From: a virus
IMG/VR virus record: IMGVR_UViG_3300013099_000017
Span: 80,244-144,243 of that record
DNA: 64,000 bases
Reading direction: 5' to 3' (one strand)
Shown here: positions 33,183 through 42,540 of the stretch, in pieces
How the letters are laid out: every line of letters begins with the position of its first letter
Position numbering within the stretch: position 1 is the stretch's first letter
Notes under the pieces: model-generated
Database searches by the model: none
What the model was told of the DNA's origin: nothing
The model's input: only the letters and a program-made list of their open reading frames with translations
Position numbers and translations under genes: made by a program

Positions 33183-33201
33183 TTCAACTGAGACTATTTA
33201 A

Positions 33202-34203
33202 ATGGGATTCTTTGATTTTTGGGATAAAGATATATCTGATGAAGATAAGAAAATTGCATATGAAAAGTGTAAGCATATTGCACCACCACCATTAGAACCC
33301 CCTGCCCAACATCCACCAGAAGTAATAGAAGAATATAATGAAAAACGTTTAGAGTGTATGCGTATTCAGCAAGATATTCTTTATTATAGTAAAATTCAAC
33401 ATTTGTGTATTAAAAGTGGGGAACATATTGAAGATAATAGATTTTCTGATATAGTTGCTAAGGCATGGATTAATTGTTGGAAACAATATCCTTCAACAGA
33501 AGAATATATTGAAATGTATGGTCTTGATCCATATACAGAATGTTTCCATTGTGAAAAAGATAAACAGGGTAAACTAATTGATGAACGTGAAATTTGTAAT
33601 CCATGTAATCCTTGTGTAAATTTTGAATATGATGGTAATTGTACTAAGTGGCAATATTGGTATATGATTTTTGATGTTAAATCTCAAAGATTTTGGAGAC
33701 AACCAACAACAAAAGAACCAATATGGGATTGTGAACAACAAGCTATCCAAGCATGGGAGGAAGATAATCCACCAAAATCTGCTGGTAAACAACAAATATC
33801 ATTTCATGATCCCTTGAAACAACAGGGTAATTTCTGTCCAAAATATGAAAGTCAAATTACAGGTGATCCCGAAAAAGATAAAAATATTCCAAAAGTGGAA
33901 AATAGTTTTAAATGGTGTGTACCAAGATGGAATGATCAATGTCGTTTTTTTGTTATGAAATTTAAAAATAATATGATTTCCATTAATGATAGTGATACCA
34001 TGTACACATCTTGGACAATGATTAAAAAATGTAATCAAGAAGAATGTGATTTAGCCGAAGCAGAAGATGAAGATTCATCTTTGAATAGATTGGCAAGACA
34101 TGCCCGATATTGTATTAATAGATGTTTTGATGTTGATCCAAAACATGCAATCTATCCTGCATGGGAAGGAAATTTAGTAAATTATACTCATAAAGGATGG
34201 TAA
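33202..34203 (+). CDS. Cys/Trp-rich hypothetical protein
   Basis: 333-aa ORF with about 18 Cys; no recognisable family. Confidence 0.75.
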   Translation: MGFFDFWDKDISDEDKKIAYEKCKHIAPPPLEPPAQHPPEVIEEYNEKRLECMRIQQDILYYSKIQHLCIKSGEHIEDNRFSDIVAKAWINCWKQYPSTEEYIEMYGLDPYTECFHCEKDKQGKLIDEREICNPCNPCVNFEYDGNCTKWQYWYMIFDVKSQRFWRQPTTKEPIWDCEQQAIQAWEEDNPPKSAGKQQISFHDPLKQQGNFCPKYESQITGDPEKDKNIPKVENSFKWCVPRWNDQCRFFVMKFKNNMISINDSDTMYTSWTMIKKCNQEECDLAEAEDEDSSLNRLARHARYCINRCFDVDPKHAIYPAWEGNLVNYTHKGW

Positions 34204-34212
34204 TTTTCAAAT

Positions 34213-34220
34213 TATAAATA
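34213..34220 (+). promoter_or_regulatory. T4-type late promoter heading the internal-protein cluster
   Basis: TATAAATA upstream of 34242. Confidence 0.8.
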
Positions 34221-34241
34221 CTATAAAATAGGATAGTTTGA

Positions 34242-35060
34242 ATGAAATATAACAATATCACATATGATGAATATGTGGATGCTTTAAATGAAATTGCATT
34301 GCTTGACGAAAATGGTCAATTAAATGAGGGTATCTTAGATTCATTGTCGGGTTTAACTGGTAAGGTTGGTAAATTTATATCAACTGCTAAAAAAACTATG
34401 GGTGAACTTGTTGATTCTACTAAACTTGAAACCCGTGATATAATTAAAGCATTTAAAAATAGAGAAATTTTTTCAGTATTGAAGAAAGTTGGGTTTAGTA
34501 TTAAGAAATTACTGATGATGCTTAAAGCAGGACAAAAAGCATTAAATGGTGGTTTAAATAAAATATTCAAAGAAATCCACAATCATAAAATATTACAAAA
34601 AATTCATAGTGGTGTTATGACTGTTGATGAATTTATCAACAAATATCCCATTCTTAATAAAATAGGTGGAATTGCTGTTGCTGGAATTTTATTGTGGATA
34701 TGGTTAAATATGTCATTTACGGGAGCAAGTCTTGATTTTGACATTGATCAATCTTCTCTATTAGATGCATTAGCTGGCAATTATTCATTAGCCGATCTAT
34801 TTACATCCCCTACTGGTTTAAAAACAATAGCATTTTTAGCGGTTGGTTTATCCGGTATTTCTGTTATAGCTTATTTTCCTGTAACTGCATATAATCTTAC
34901 TATGAGTATTATCTATACAGGACTTAAAAAATCCAACTTCAAAGATCAATCCACTATGCACAAAATAAAACATCATATTTTTAAAATAGCAGAAAAATGT
35001 GATTATAAAATGTCATTTAAGCAATTTAATAAATACAGTAAAATACAGGAAGTATTATGA
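34242..35060 (+). CDS. Putative virion protein with hydrophobic helices
   Basis: N-terminal ALNE and QLNE cleavage-like sites; GGIAVAGILLWIWL and IAFLAVGLSGISVIAYF segments. Confidence 0.6.
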   Translation: MKYNNITYDEYVDALNEIALLDENGQLNEGILDSLSGLTGKVGKFISTAKKTMGELVDSTKLETRDIIKAFKNREIFSVLKKVGFSIKKLLMMLKAGQKALNGGLNKIFKEIHNHKILQKIHSGVMTVDEFINKYPILNKIGGIAVAGILLWIWLNMSFTGASLDFDIDQSSLLDALAGNYSLADLFTSPTGLKTIAFLAVGLSGISVIAYFPVTAYNLTMSIIYTGLKKSNFKDQSTMHKIKHHIFKIAEKCDYKMSFKQFNKYSKIQEVL

Positions 35061-35254
35061 TTACAAAATACAGAGAATATCTTATTGAAGGCGTAAATCA
35101 AGTTTTCAAAAAATTTCCGGATTACGAAAGTCGGAAAAAAGAATTAAATAGATTAGTTGATAAGCGTGGAGATCAATCTTCAAATTTATCTAAACAAGAA
35201 CAAAAAAACTATATCACATTAACTGATTGGTGGGATGAAAAGGGAAAAGATTAA
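35057..35254 (+). CDS. Putative internal head protein (CTS-like)
   Basis: MITKYREYLIE. Confidence 0.65.
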   Translation: MITKYREYLIEGVNQVFKKFPDYESRKKELNRLVDKRGDQSSNLSKQEQKNYITLTDWWDEKGKD

Positions 35255-35883
35255 TGAAAAGTTATAAAGCATTACAAGAAGAATTAAATAAGCCAAGTGA
35301 AGTATTAATTGAAGATATTATGTCAATCATTGCTATTCGTGGGGCAGATCAAACTCAATTATATGAAGCATTTGATGCTGATTGTGATCATATCTTAAAT
35401 GAAGGTATTATGGATGTTCTTAAAATGGATGTTCGTACCGTTGCCAAAAATGTCGATGGTTTGCTTAGTAAGGGTTTAAAAAAGGTTGGATTACACACAC
35501 ATAAGGGTAAGGGTATTATCTCTTATATAATGAGTGCAGGTAAAGGTGTGGGTAAAATGGTTTTAGCTGGTATCCGTGGTGATTCTGAAACAGTTAAAGA
35601 ACTTGCTCGAAGTGTTAAAAAAGAAGATGTTTTGGATTTTGTATTAAAACTTGACATGGCTACACAACACTTAATTACCGGACCAATTCATATGATCGAT
35701 GCTTGGACGGGTTGGCATATTGGGGCAAATTTAGAAAACGTTATTCGTGGTAAGGATGGTATCGTTGCGAAAATTAAAGGTGCTTTTCAGACAATTAAAC
35801 AAAATATTGGTCATGTGGTTGATAAAACCCGTGTGGCAGTATTTAATAAAGGTATTAGTCAACTTGAAGCAGAAATCAGTTAA
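35254..35883 (+). CDS. Putative internal head protein, related to 34242
   Basis: MKSYKALQEE; ILNEGIMD resembles QLNEGILD of 34242. Confidence 0.6.
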   Translation: MKSYKALQEELNKPSEVLIEDIMSIIAIRGADQTQLYEAFDADCDHILNEGIMDVLKMDVRTVAKNVDGLLSKGLKKVGLHTHKGKGIISYIMSAGKGVGKMVLAGIRGDSETVKELARSVKKEDVLDFVLKLDMATQHLITGPIHMIDAWTGWHIGANLENVIRGKDGIVAKIKGAFQTIKQNIGHVVDKTRVAVFNKGISQLEAEIS

Positions 35884-35955
35884 TTGGAACTAATTAATAA
35901 ATAATTGCTTTAATATGTAAAATATGTTAAACTGAGGGGATAAAGGAGAATATTA

Positions 35956-36123
35956 ATGATATCATATGAAGAATATCTTAATATCAACAGAGGTATTGTT
36001 GGTGTTTATCATACAGAAGATGTAGCAAAGAATCAAAAAAAGAAATTAAAGGTATATTATTCCGGTTTAAATGTTCAACGAAGTAAATCAGGTGATTATA
36101 TTCTTTACGGAATACCATTATAA
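35956..36123 (+). CDS. Small CTS-like protein not in the ORF track (55 aa)
   Basis: AAGGAG SD; MISYEEYLN. Confidence 0.5.
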   Translation: MISYEEYLNINRGIVGVYHTEDVAKNQKKKLKVYYSGLNVQRSKSGDYILYGIPL

Positions 36124-36139
36124 ATTAAGGAAAAAACAA

Positions 36140-36322
36140 ATGAAAAAGAATTATAAAGAGTTTTTGGAAGAACAAAGAGAAGTTCTAACAGAAAGTGAAA
36201 AATGGGCTAAATCAGAAGCTATGAAAGTTTTAAATGCTCATTTCAAGAAAATGGAACACAAAATGGAAGTATCGGAAGCGGAATCATTTCAAAATTTCAT
36301 CAATAAAATGAAAAAAGGTTAA
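36140..36322 (+). CDS. Putative internal head protein (CTS-like)
   Basis: MKKNYKEFLEE..VLTE; AAGG SD before ATG 36140. Confidence 0.65.
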   Translation: MKKNYKEFLEEQREVLTESEKWAKSEAMKVLNAHFKKMEHKMEVSEAESFQNFINKMKKG

Positions 36323-36327
36323 GTAAA

Positions 36328-36837
36328 ATGCAACAAAATGCTTACTGGATCAATCCAAGGGGCAAAATCCTTGATATTGGAATGGGAACACACATTAATC
36401 AGATTATTAAATCACCAAAATCGTTTGGATTGACAGAACGTTATATTCGTAATGTCTATGAAAAATTTGGTGAGCCAATGAGTCTTGAAGGTAAAGCCCG
36501 TGAACAAATCATGTTGGAAGTTATCAAGGATGGATTTGTTCGTATCAGATTGGTTCCAAATAGATTTTGGTTAGTCAATGCTAATAAATATGATCGAAAA
36601 TTAAAAAAAGCATTATCTGTTTGGGCTGGTGATGCCAAAGATGTAAAAAATGCAGGTAAATTTATGCCTGTCAAAATTGTTACTAACAGTGAAGTAGTAA
36701 GCACATATGATGTTAATGATTTATATTATGAAAAACATTTGAATGAATCTGATAACATATCCGGTTATAATCCTATTATGGTTGAAAGTGTTGAAGATTT
36801 CAAATATTCAAAATATCAACAACTTAGGAACTTATGA
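36328..36837 (+). CDS. Hypothetical protein in the late cluster
   Basis: AYWINPRG..H..GFVRIR; no N-terminal tag, HLNE near C-terminus. Confidence 0.7.
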   Translation: MQQNAYWINPRGKILDIGMGTHINQIIKSPKSFGLTERYIRNVYEKFGEPMSLEGKAREQIMLEVIKDGFVRIRLVPNRFWLVNANKYDRKLKKALSVWAGDAKDVKNAGKFMPVKIVTNSEVVSTYDVNDLYYEKHLNESDNISGYNPIMVESVEDFKYSKYQQLRNL

Positions 36838-37424
36838 AAACATTTAAACAATTTAATAAATCAGGTAGAAATGTAGAAATTTCAAAGTATTCATTATCAG
36901 ATGCTATTGAATATTCACAAAGTCAATTCCGTGAATATGGTAAAGACTTATATGAAGAAATACCAAACTTTGATAAGAACTTTGAAATAGCTCAAATGAA
37001 AGCGAGTACGGGTAGAACATTAAGAAAAGATATGCCTGTAATTTCAAGAAAAGATATTGCTGATTTCAAAGTATTTCTTAAAGAAAAAGGTGTTAAATTT
37101 AAATTAAAGAAACAGGAAGTTAGTAAATTTCATCCAATTCAAAAACAAATTTATTTAAATAAATCTATTGATATTATTGCTAAATTTAGTGTTCAAGATT
37201 CTAAAAACTTCTTAACTGATTCTAAAACTGTTAGTGTATTATCGAGAGATAATTATCTTATTGATGGACATCATAGGATGCTTACAGGGTTATTAATAAA
37301 TCCTAAAATGAAATTTAATACCATTATTGTTGATTTACCTGCAATTGAATTATTACCACTAGCGTTAGAATTTTCAGATGATCATACTAGTAATACACGA
37401 AACGAATCATATGAAAAAGTTTAA
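36834..37424 (+). CDS. ParB/Srx-like protein with CTS-like N-terminus
   Basis: MKTFKQFN; HPIQKQIY; YLIDGHHR. Confidence 0.75.
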   Translation: MKTFKQFNKSGRNVEISKYSLSDAIEYSQSQFREYGKDLYEEIPNFDKNFEIAQMKASTGRTLRKDMPVISRKDIADFKVFLKEKGVKFKLKKQEVSKFHPIQKQIYLNKSIDIIAKFSVQDSKNFLTDSKTVSVLSRDNYLIDGHHRMLTGLLINPKMKFNTIIVDLPAIELLPLALEFSDDHTSNTRNESYEKV

Positions 37425-37839
37425 AGAATATTTAAAAGAAGAATGGTATCAAACATATAAGATACCAAGTTTAAAAGATCCATTAAATATCTTTAAAAAT
37501 CCATCAAGAAAAGAAATAATGGAATTAGCAAAACAAGATTTTGATAGTTTTAGAGTATTATTGATGGATAATGGTGATGTTTATGCATGGTCAAAAGCAA
37601 TTCATGCACAAGCACATAAAGCATTAAAATTGAATGATAAATTTATTCCTGCTTATATTGAATTTGCTGGAAATACTGGTGTAATTACTATTACAGATTT
37701 TATAAATAAATCATATTGGGGTGATCATCGTGAAATGGTTGCTGAACAAGTTAGAACCAACAAACATTTAAAAAAATTATTCAATAATATAAAAATTGGA
37801 TATTACAACAAACGTTCAACCGGAGATTGGGAACAATGA
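37411..37839 (+). CDS. Putative internal head protein (CTS-like)
   Basis: MKKFKEYLKE. Confidence 0.7.
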   Translation: MKKFKEYLKEEWYQTYKIPSLKDPLNIFKNPSRKEIMELAKQDFDSFRVLLMDNGDVYAWSKAIHAQAHKALKLNDKFIPAYIEFAGNTGVITITDFINKSYWGDHREMVAEQVRTNKHLKKLFNNIKIGYYNKRSTGDWEQ

Positions 37840-38213
37840 AAAAATTTAAAGATCTATTAACTGAAATAACATTACAACGTGCAGTAACAAAAGAACCAAT
37901 ATTGAATAAAATTAAGAAATTATTTCAAAATAAATTCGATAAAACAAATAATAATTTATTTTTTATGGATAAAAAAGATGCGATTAAACGATTAAAATCT
38001 TATGGATTATCTGATGAAGAAATCAAAACGATTGAAACTGTTGCCTATTCTGAAATGAAAAAGATTATGACAAAATATAATATTGCTTTTCGTGGAAATG
38101 ATCCATTTGTACTTCATGGATTTAATTTATTTTGGGAGCGTAGTTTTGGTGATGAAAAAACTGCCGATAAAGCATATAAAGAATATTTAAATAACATTAA
38201 GCAGAAACTATAA
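37836..38213 (+). CDS. Putative internal head protein (CTS-like)
   Basis: MKKFKDLLTE. Confidence 0.7.
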   Translation: MKKFKDLLTEITLQRAVTKEPILNKIKKLFQNKFDKTNNNLFFMDKKDAIKRLKSYGLSDEEIKTIETVAYSEMKKIMTKYNIAFRGNDPFVLHGFNLFWERSFGDEKTADKAYKEYLNNIKQKL

Positions 38214-38371
38214 TGAAAAGTTTTAAAGAATTAAACGAAAATGTATTGACAAAAGAAATGGATTTTGTTGATGATAGTTCATCAAAATATAATTATTTAG
38301 ATCAACTTGATAGTCATTTAAGTGGTATAATTACAGTATCAGAAGCTCTTGAAAGGGAATATAAAAAATGA
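38213..38371 (+). CDS. Small CTS-like protein not in the ORF track (52 aa)
   Basis: TAATG overlap; MKSFKELNE. Confidence 0.6.
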   Translation: MKSFKELNENVLTKEMDFVDDSSSKYNYLDQLDSHLSGIITVSEALEREYKK

Positions 38372-38384
38372 GTGATATAGATAT

Positions 38385-39326
38385 ATGAAAAAATTTAAAG
38401 CATTTTTAAAAGAACAACCATCCGAAGCTCAGATAAAAGCTGGGAATTATAAGAAAAAACATATGCGATTTTGTACTTGTGATATAGCAATTGAAAATCG
38501 TAAAGGGTCAGTTCGTTCTGGTACTGATCCCGATGGTAAAGAATGGTCTGTAAAAATGCCGTTTGATTATGGTTATATTAAAAGAACCAATGGTGCTGAT
38601 GGTGATGCTGTTGATGTGTTTGTTGGTCCCGATAAAAAGAGTGAACGTATCTTTACAATTAATCAAACTGATGATAAAGGAAAGTTTGATGAACATAAAG
38701 TAATGATGGGTTTTACTGACAAAAAGGATGCAGAAAAAGGTTATCTATCTGCATACGATAAGGGTTGGTCTAACTATGAGAAAGATATTATAGAAATGGA
38801 TATTGATACTTTTAAAAAGTGGTTGGATGTTAAATCACAAAAGAAACCAATGACCGAAAGTTTTGTATTATTACTTAAAGAAAATACCGAGATAAATGGT
38901 TTAGCTCAAATGAAAAAATTTGCTAAAAGTGCAATTTTAAAAATGTCCCAAACAGAACAGTTATCTGAAATGTCATTTGCTCAAATGAAATCAGTTGAGC
39001 AACATGCTGATGATATTTTTTCATCATTAAACATTGATGTTAAGTTAAGGGGTCATTTCTTTGATAGATTGAATGATGCAAGAAATGGTCGTGAAATTAC
39101 CGAAGCTGAAATGATACATTTATTTAATGCCACATTTAAAAAGTATGGGGCTAAAATAGCTCATATGTCAAAGGGTCATGAAGCTGTTATATTTGATCAT
39201 ATGAATAATATTAATGTTCCATTTTTAATAGACTTTGATAATGTTACCGGACAACTGGTATTGATACCAAAAACGGTTATGAGAAAAAAGAATTTTCTAA
39301 CAAGAACACAAAAATTAAAGGTGTAA
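38385..39326 (+). CDS. CTS-tagged two-domain protein: polyvalent-type inorganic pyrophosphatase domain plus possible RNase-like domain
   Basis: MKKFKAFLKE; PSEAQIKAGNYKK..IENRKGS.RSG..YGYI..DGDAVDVF; C-terminal GHFFDRLND.R..KTVMRK. Confidence 0.75.
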   Translation: MKKFKAFLKEQPSEAQIKAGNYKKKHMRFCTCDIAIENRKGSVRSGTDPDGKEWSVKMPFDYGYIKRTNGADGDAVDVFVGPDKKSERIFTINQTDDKGKFDEHKVMMGFTDKKDAEKGYLSAYDKGWSNYEKDIIEMDIDTFKKWLDVKSQKKPMTESFVLLLKENTEINGLAQMKKFAKSAILKMSQTEQLSEMSFAQMKSVEQHADDIFSSLNIDVKLRGHFFDRLNDARNGREITEAEMIHLFNATFKKYGAKIAHMSKGHEAVIFDHMNNINVPFLIDFDNVTGQLVLIPKTVMRKKNFLTRTQKLKV

Positions 39327-39328
39327 AA

Positions 39329-39601
39329 ATGAAATCATATAAAGAATTTAACAAATTATCAGAAGGATTTGCCAATAAATTAAGGTCTGGTAAAGTTCCG
39401 GTTGGTGAATATAGATTTAAATATGTATCAAAGGGAAATGTTGATTTTATATCAAATTCAACTAAACATAGAAAAAGTTTAAAAGTAATTGAAAAAGGTA
39501 GAGATTATGTTATCATTAATGGTAATGCAAATGATCATTCATCTTTAATTACATCATTGCAATCATTTGGGGATATTAACGGTTATGTCGAAGAAGAATA
39601 A
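39329..39601 (+). CDS. Putative internal head protein (CTS-like)
   Basis: MKSYKEFNKLSE. Confidence 0.65.
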   Translation: MKSYKEFNKLSEGFANKLRSGKVPVGEYRFKYVSKGNVDFISNSTKHRKSLKVIEKGRDYVIINGNANDHSSLITSLQSFGDINGYVEEE

Positions 39602-39943
39602 CAAATACGATCAATTTTTAGATAACATTGAAGATCCTGCCGAAAAAATGGTAAAGGAAAATAAAATTCCTGTTGATTATAAATTGATCCATAATATGAC
39701 AAAAGAAATATGGTCATATGAAAATGAAAACGGTGATCTTAGTGAAATATTTAAAAGTAAAGATGAAGCATTATTAAGTATTTGGAATGAAAAATATTTA
39801 AATGAATCATCTAAAGAAAATGGGATGGTTGGTGAAGCGATTGATATATTATCATTAACTAATACAAGAATAACGGATTCTTCCATTACATCTAAATTAG
39901 AAAAAATCATAAACGAATTAAGTTCGATCCAAAGGAAAATCAA

Positions 39944-40249
39944 ATGAGTAAATATAAAGAATATTTAAACGAAGCAAATAGTGGTAAATATGAAATTTAT
40001 CATGATTCATTAACAAGTGCCGTTCAAGAAATGGAATCATATGTTGTTAAAAATGGTTATACGTTGGATGATGAAGAAATGGCTGAAACCGTAGGGTTTG
40101 GTCCAAAAAAACCTTCTGGTGGAAAAACTAACCGATATACCATGTCGTTATATAAGGATGGTAAAAAGCAACGTAAGGCTATTCATTTCCAAGTTTATAA
40201 TCGTGAAACAAAACGAAACACTTTTGAGTTAAATATGTATATTAGATGA
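39944..40249 (+). CDS. Putative internal head protein (CTS-like)
   Basis: MSKYKEYLNE. Confidence 0.7.
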   Translation: MSKYKEYLNEANSGKYEIYHDSLTSAVQEMESYVVKNGYTLDDEEMAETVGFGPKKPSGGKTNRYTMSLYKDGKKQRKAIHFQVYNRETKRNTFELNMYIR

Positions 40250-40692
40250 AAAAATTTAAACAATTCTTAAATGATTACAGTAAAAAAGCTCCAGTATTGG
40301 AGGCAAAGAATGTCTATGCTGTCAATTTTACATTTAGAGATTTAAAGAAAATCATACAACTTGAAGATTCACCAAATGATTATATTGATCAATTAACAAC
40401 GATCATGAAATTGAGTAATTCAAAAGGTGGTGCAACCATTAATGAAATGATATTTAATGGTTGGGAAAAACAAATCAAGAAATATACCAAAGACATTATA
40501 TTAATTGAAAAATTATCAAATCGTTTCATTAATGGTGATAAATCTGAAACAATTATTGAAATTTATAAAACCTTTCCTGATGATAAGGAATGGATTAAAG
40601 AATTAAATACAAATTCTAATAAAATTAATAAAGAATTAAAAACCCCATTAGAAGAATTATTTTTAGCATTAGGTAAAAAAGAATGGATATGA
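40246..40692 (+). CDS. Putative internal head protein (CTS-like)
   Basis: MKKFKQFLND..VLE. Confidence 0.65.
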   Translation: MKKFKQFLNDYSKKAPVLEAKNVYAVNFTFRDLKKIIQLEDSPNDYIDQLTTIMKLSNSKGGATINEMIFNGWEKQIKKYTKDIILIEKLSNRFINGDKSETIIEIYKTFPDDKEWIKELNTNSNKINKELKTPLEELFLALGKKEWI

Positions 40693-41201
40693 AATCATTT
40701 AAACAATTTAATGAGGGTAATTTATCTAAACTTAAATCACTAAAAAAGTCCAAAACAGATAACATCAAATCATTTGATAGATTAGGTAAGGGTGATAAAA
40801 TTACAATTGGTAATAAAAATATCATTTTATCTAATAGAGTTGAATTGAAAACACATCCTTATGAACTTGATGGATGGTATATCGCATTAGCACAAGATGG
40901 AAATGATTCTTATTATATTACAAAATCTAAAAATTCAGATACTTATAAATTATATAAAGCATTAAAATTATCACAAGTTGGTTCAGAATATGAACCAATT
41001 GCAAAATCACCAAAATTAACTAAAAATAAAATTATTATAGAAGATATAAAAATTCCTATAAAAGTTGGTGATATTGTATTGGGTGGTAAATTTAAAAACA
41101 AAAAAATCAAAGTTAAATCTATTGGTAAAAATGAAAAAGGTGATATCACCATTAACAATAGACCATTATTAAAATTTAGAATAATCGATCAGGATAAATA
41201 A
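40689..41201 (+). CDS. Putative internal head protein (CTS-like)
   Basis: MKSFKQFNE; C-terminal IPIKVGDIVLGGKFKNKKI module after IIE. Confidence 0.7.
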   Translation: MKSFKQFNEGNLSKLKSLKKSKTDNIKSFDRLGKGDKITIGNKNIILSNRVELKTHPYELDGWYIALAQDGNDSYYITKSKNSDTYKLYKALKLSQVGSEYEPIAKSPKLTKNKIIIEDIKIPIKVGDIVLGGKFKNKKIKVKSIGKNEKGDITINNRPLLKFRIIDQDK

Positions 41202-41533
41202 TGATGCAAGACATATATCAAGTTATAGTTCGGGGAAATTTTTGGGGTGGTCGATACTATGAAGATAGTTTGGATTCTATTTTTGTATTGGCTGATGATA
41301 AGCAAGATGCTGTTAATATAGCAAAATCAAATATTGAACAAGTTGAAGTTCATTTTAGAAATAAAAGGTATTATGGTGGAAAGTTGGCTATTGCTAAACA
41401 CGATAAATATAAATTTAAAGAACGTAATATTTGTGTTGCCAAAACATCATACCAAAAAGTTTATAATAAAACATTAACAAAACACGGAAACTTTGAAAAA
41501 GTAAATCTAAACACATTAGGGACAAATGAATGA
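41201..41533 (+). CDS. Hypothetical protein
   Basis: Coupled ORF within the late cluster; no tag. Confidence 0.65.
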   Translation: MMQDIYQVIVRGNFWGGRYYEDSLDSIFVLADDKQDAVNIAKSNIEQVEVHFRNKRYYGGKLAIAKHDKYKFKERNICVAKTSYQKVYNKTLTKHGNFEKVNLNTLGTNE

Positions 41534-42243
41534 ATACATTTAAACAATATTTAATTGAAGCTGGACAAGGGGCAGGACAACTTGAATTAGTAAAAACAGA
41601 CGTTAAAAAAGCAAGGGAATATGCTGAAAAAGATTTTCAAAAATATGATCGTGATTTAGATGAACAAATTCCTGATTTTGATAAGAATTATTTATTTGCT
41701 CAAAAACAAGCAGGGTCAGGTAAAACACAACGTAAAGATATGCCTGTAATTGAAGAAAAAGATGTTAAGGATTTACAGCGTAGACTAGAAAATGGTCATA
41801 TTGATATTAAATCACCACATCCTAAAAATACTAAACATCCTTTTCCAAAAGGACTAACACAACAAACCGGACATCAATGGTTGGAAAATGGATTAAAGCG
41901 TCATGATGGTAGTATTAAAGATGATATCGTAAAAGTTAAGATGGAGCAAGTTACCGTTGGGTCATTACATCCAATACAAAAACAAATATATTTTGATAAG
42001 TCAATTAATCCAATTGCAGAAAATGGTGCTGTTAAATCAAAAGCATTTATGACAGGAAAAAATACTACTTTCATTATGTCAAAAGATCATTACATCATTG
42101 ATGGACATCATAGATTTTTAGCTTCTGTATTATTAGATCCAACAATGAAAGTTAATTCATTGGTTATTGATTTACCAATTAAAGATTTACTACCATTAAC
42201 ATTATCCTACTCAGATGCAGTAGGAAACAAAAGGAACGCATAA
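41530..42243 (+). CDS. ParB/Srx-like protein with CTS-like N-terminus, paralog of 36834
   Basis: MNTFKQYLIE; RKDMPVI, HPIQKQIY, IIDGHHR. Confidence 0.8.
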   Translation: MNTFKQYLIEAGQGAGQLELVKTDVKKAREYAEKDFQKYDRDLDEQIPDFDKNYLFAQKQAGSGKTQRKDMPVIEEKDVKDLQRRLENGHIDIKSPHPKNTKHPFPKGLTQQTGHQWLENGLKRHDGSIKDDIVKVKMEQVTVGSLHPIQKQIYFDKSINPIAENGAVKSKAFMTGKNTTFIMSKDHYIIDGHHRFLASVLLDPTMKVNSLVIDLPIKDLLPLTLSYSDAVGNKRNA

Positions 42244-42244
42244 C

Positions 42245-42511
42245 ATGGCATTTACACATATACCAAATAACTCAGATTGGGAATACGATAACGCACCTCC
42301 TGACCCTGGAGGAAAACAATCTAATTTGTGGAATAAACAAGTTAATGGTATTCGTGTTAATTCTGGTGGTGATGAAGTTTACTCACATTGTCGAAAAATT
42401 GGAACAAGTGTACAAACTTCCGGTGAGTTAAATAAATCTTATTGGGATAATCAAAGAATATCATTTAATGTTACTGGTGGTTCCGGTGAATCAGTACATG
42501 TTGCTAATTAA
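42245..42511 (+). CDS. Hypothetical protein
   Basis: Coupled ORF ending the late cluster. Confidence 0.65.
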   Translation: MAFTHIPNNSDWEYDNAPPDPGGKQSNLWNKQVNGIRVNSGGDEVYSHCRKIGTSVQTSGELNKSYWDNQRISFNVTGGSGESVHVAN

Positions 42512-42516
42512 CATTG

Positions 42517-42524
42517 TATAAATA
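42517..42524 (+). promoter_or_regulatory. T4-type late promoter
   Basis: TATAAATA upstream of 42541. Confidence 0.75.
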
Positions 42525-42540
42525 ATTACATGGAATTAAT

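Noticed and set aside
34738-34751. FNR-like TTGACATTGATCAA
   Set aside because: Inside a coding region with no promoter downstream; likely chance.
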